A DNA stretch of 63,121 bases, from the NCBI GenBank assembly GCA_945875875.1, contig CAMCMI010000001.1, forward strand, positions 1 to 63,121, in the 5' to 3' direction. Below the pieces are notes generated by a model. That model saw only the letters and a list, made by a program, of their open reading frames with translations. It was not told the DNA's origin and searched no databases. Position 1 is the stretch's first letter, and the number at the start of each line of letters is the position of its first letter. The DNA comes from Rhizobium sp. Q54. Its GTDB lineage: Bacteria; Pseudomonadota; Alphaproteobacteria; Rhizobiales; Beijerinckiaceae. The position numbers were made by a program, and so were the translations under genes. Below are positions 60,731 through 63,121 of the stretch, piece after piece.

Positions 60731-61391
60731 TCCATCGTTGGCGTTGTTTGCATGGCTCTCGCCGGCCTATCCGGTGGGGGCCTTCGCCTATTCGCATGGC
60801 GTGGAATGGGCGGCGGAATGCGGCGACGTCAGCGACGGCGCCAGCCTTTACGAATGGATCGACGCGCTGCTGGCGCACGGTTCAGGGCGCAACGATGCGC
60901 TGCTGTTTGCAGCCGCATGGCGAGCTGCGCAAACTAGCGAGCTGACGGACATTGCAGAGCTGGCCGTCGCGCTGGCGCCCTCGAAAGAACGCCGCCTTGA
61001 GACGCTGCAACAGGGCGGCGGCTTTTTGGCGGCCACGCAGGCCGCATGGCCCTGCGCGAAGCTTGATGATGCGATCAAGGCGATAGGCGCGCATAAAGCC
61101 TATCCGGTTTGTTTTGCCGCTGCGCTTGCGGCCCATGACTTGCCGCTGCGTCCGGCGCTGGATGGTTTCATCGCAGCGTTTGCAGGCAATCTTGTCTCTG
61201 CGGCCGTGCGCCTGAGCGTATTGGGACAGACTGAGGCGCAGGCGATTTTAGCGCGCTTGTCGCCGACCATTTCGCGTGTTGCGGACGAGGCCGAGCGCGG
61301 GACGCTTGACGATCTGGGCTCCTGCGCCTTTCGCGCCGACATCGCGTCCTTCCATCACGAAACCCAGTATTCAAGGCTGTTTCGATCATGA
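60711..61391 (+). CDS. ureF: Urease accessory protein UreF
   Basis: [16 protein letters not shown], terminal [11 protein letters not shown]; ATG 60711 after GGAG. Confidence 0.95.
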   Translation: MAISTTDPSLALFAWLSPAYPVGAFAYSHGVEWAAECGDVSDGASLYEWIDALLAHGSGRNDALLFAAAWRAAQTSELTDIAELAVALAPSKERRLETLQQGGGFLAATQAAWPCAKLDDAIKAIGAHKAYPVCFAAALAAHDLPLRPALDGFIAAFAGNLVSAAVRLSVLGQTEAQAILARLSPTISRVADEAERGTLDDLGSCAFRADIASFHHETQYSRLFRS

Positions 61392-62002
61392 GCACAAACG
61401 GACCTTTGCGCGTGGGAATCGGTGGCCCTGTGGGCGCTGGAAAGACCGCATTGATGGAAGCGCTCTGCAAACGCTTCCGCGATCAATACGACATCTGCGC
61501 CATCACCAACGACATCTTCACCAAAGAAGACGCGCGCATTCTCACGCAGGCGGGCGCGCTGCCGGAAGAGCGCATCATGGGTGTGGAAACGGGAGGCTGT
61601 CCCCACACCGCTATTCGCGAAGATTGCTCGATCAATCTGCATGCGGTCGCTGAAATGCGCGCCAAATTTCCCAAGCTCGATCTTATCCTGATCGAGTCCG
61701 GCGGCGATAATCTTGCGGCAACGTTCAGCCCTGAACTCGCCGATATTACGATTTATGTGATCGACGTGGCGCAGGGCGAGAAAATCCCGCGCAAGGGTGG
61801 GCCGGGCATCACGCGCTCTGATCTTCTGGTCATCAATAAAATTGATCTTGCGCCAATGGTGGGCGCTGATCTGTCGGTTATGGAGGCGGATACGAAGCGC
61901 CAGCGCGGGCTGCGCCCTTTCGTGTTTACGAACATGCGCACCGGGACCGGACTCGACGTGATCGCAGCTTTCGTTCAAAATAGCGGAGGCTTAAGTAAAT
62001 AG
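61388..62002 (+). CDS. ureG: Urease accessory GTPase UreG
   Basis: [25 protein letters not shown]. Confidence 0.98.
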   Translation: MSTNGPLRVGIGGPVGAGKTALMEALCKRFRDQYDICAITNDIFTKEDARILTQAGALPEERIMGVETGGCPHTAIREDCSINLHAVAEMRAKFPKLDLILIESGGDNLAATFSPELADITIYVIDVAQGEKIPRKGGPGITRSDLLVINKIDLAPMVGADLSVMEADTKRQRGLRPFVFTNMRTGTGLDVIAAFVQNSGGLSK

Positions 62003-62139
62003 ACGGGCTTGGCGCAGCGAGTATAAAATCAATTTTTAATTTTAATTGGTAATAGCAATAGCGTGGTAAATTGCGTTCACGCCGGAACGGCTTCCAGCCC
62101 ATGCGCGCCTTTTTCTCATGCGCCAATGCGGAGAATTTA

Positions 62140-62895
62140 TTGCCGCGTCTCATCACATGGAATGTTCACCGATGCGTCGGGCGCGACGGGAAATGCTCGC
62201 CCGAGCGGATCGCGCGCATCATTGCCGAGCAAAATCTAGATATCGTTGCGCTGCAGGAACTGGATGTGCGTCGCTCGCGCACAGGCCGCGTCGATCAGGC
62301 GGAAGTCATCGCGCGCACGCTTGGCATGACGCATCATTTTCATCCCGCCTATCGCGTGATGGAGGAAGCCTACGGCGACGCTATTCTTACCGCGCGTCCC
62401 TCGCACATGGTGAAGGGCGGCGCGCTTCCCGGCGTCGGGCCCCTTTCCGGACTTGAGCCGCGCGGCGCCGTGTGGGCTGCCGTGCATCTTGGCGGCTATG
62501 AAGTGCAGGTCGTGAACACCCATCTTGGCCTGCGCGGGCATGAGCGCATCGTGCAGGTGGAGACGCTGCTGGGGCATGAATGGATCGGCGGCCCCAATTG
62601 CCGCGAGCCGGTCATTTTACTTGGCTACTTCAATGCAATCCCGCGCTCGCGCGTTTATGCCCGCATCACGCGCGCGCTGCGGGATGCGCAATGCACAGGC
62701 CTGCGCCGCAAGCCGCAGGCGACATTTCCCGCGCGTTTGCCGTTCTTGCGTCTTGACCATGTGTTCGTCAGCAAAGGAATTGACGTGTCGCGCGCCGAAA
62801 CGTTACGCACGCGCGAGGCGCGGATGGCGTCGGATCATCTGGCGCTCGTCGTCGATTTTACGCTTAAACCCGCGCCGCTGCGGCCGGTTTCCTGA
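62140..62895 (+). CDS. Endonuclease/exonuclease/phosphatase family protein (start uncertain; catalytic GDFN reads GYFN)
   Basis: TWNVH, ALQE, NTHLG, LDHVF, SDHL motifs. Confidence 0.88.
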   Translation: MPRLITWNVHRCVGRDGKCSPERIARIIAEQNLDIVALQELDVRRSRTGRVDQAEVIARTLGMTHHFHPAYRVMEEAYGDAILTARPSHMVKGGALPGVGPLSGLEPRGAVWAAVHLGGYEVQVVNTHLGLRGHERIVQVETLLGHEWIGGPNCREPVILLGYFNAIPRSRVYARITRALRDAQCTGLRRKPQATFPARLPFLRLDHVFVSKGIDVSRAETLRTREARMASDHLALVVDFTLKPAPLRPVS

Positions 62896-62904
62896 GCTGC
62901 TACG

Positions 62905-62974
62905 TCAGTCCGGCGTCCACTCAAACATGATCGTCGAGAGCGGCGGACACGTCACGCACAGCGCGCAGTCAAAG
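62905..62974 (-). pseudogene. Probable 3' remnant of a glycogen branching enzyme (glgB-like) gene cut by the IS
   Basis: Minus strand FDCALCVTCPPLSTIMFEWTPD* resembles GlgB C-terminal 'SL.LTLPPL.T' strand; begins exactly at the IS end. Confidence 0.45.
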
Positions 62975-63121
62975 TAGCCAGCCCCCATGAGGTGATCCGG
63001 TCTTTATGTTAGTTGACGATTTGGTTTGTAGCTAGCGCTGGGGTGGCCGGCGAAGCTGGTTGGGGTTGCGTAGCCGGCCATTGTAGAACCTCTGGTGCAG
63101 GCGGTTGATATCGCAGTGATG
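62975..63121 (-). mobile_element. Right end of an IS3-family insertion sequence (truncated by window)
   Basis: 63009..63119(-) encodes SLRYQPPAPEVLQWPATQPQPASPATPALATNQIVN*, like IS3 OrfB tails (SLGY.PPAPE); followed by IR-like TAGCCAGCCCCCATGAGGTGATCCGGTCTTTATGTTAG. Confidence 0.8.

Noticed and set aside
62997-63020. IS1595-type terminal repeat (CGGnnTT)
   Set aside because: Better explained as the inner part of the IS3-family end given the adjacent OrfB-like peptide

Overview
GC-rich alphaproteobacterial chromosomal segment (Hyphomicrobiales-like by gene content and repeats) devoted almost entirely to nutrient scavenging. In order: (1) pstSCAB-phoU-phoB; (2) a sigma54/NtrC-type peptide-family ABC importer with two tandem binding proteins, one broken by an in-frame TAG; (3) a ~20 kb catabolic region of unknown substrate (single-Cys racemase, aspartate dehydrogenase, GntR, two MmgE/PrpD proteins, TctCBA plus several orphan TctC/Bug proteins, SDR, LeuCD-like hydratase, ICL/PEP-mutase-family lyase, two cupins, IclR); (4) a small unexplained locus (MEKHLA protein, small ORF, NHLP-like protein behind a CtrA-like box); (5) a Tat-type Moco/2Fe-2S dehydrogenase, a GT2/GT87 pair and redox-stress genes; (6) dapE followed by uraH-puuE/uraD-allC-[MIO ammonia-lyase]-glcB, urtABCDE and ureDABCEFG; (7) an EEP-family gene with a mutated catalytic Asp, a probable glgB 3' remnant and the end of an IS3-family element. 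The best candidate for an undescribed system is the divergent MIO (HAL/PAL-family) lyase that sits in the missing ureidoglycine-to-glyoxylate step of the purine-catabolism operon. All calls rest on motif recognition; no database searches were run.
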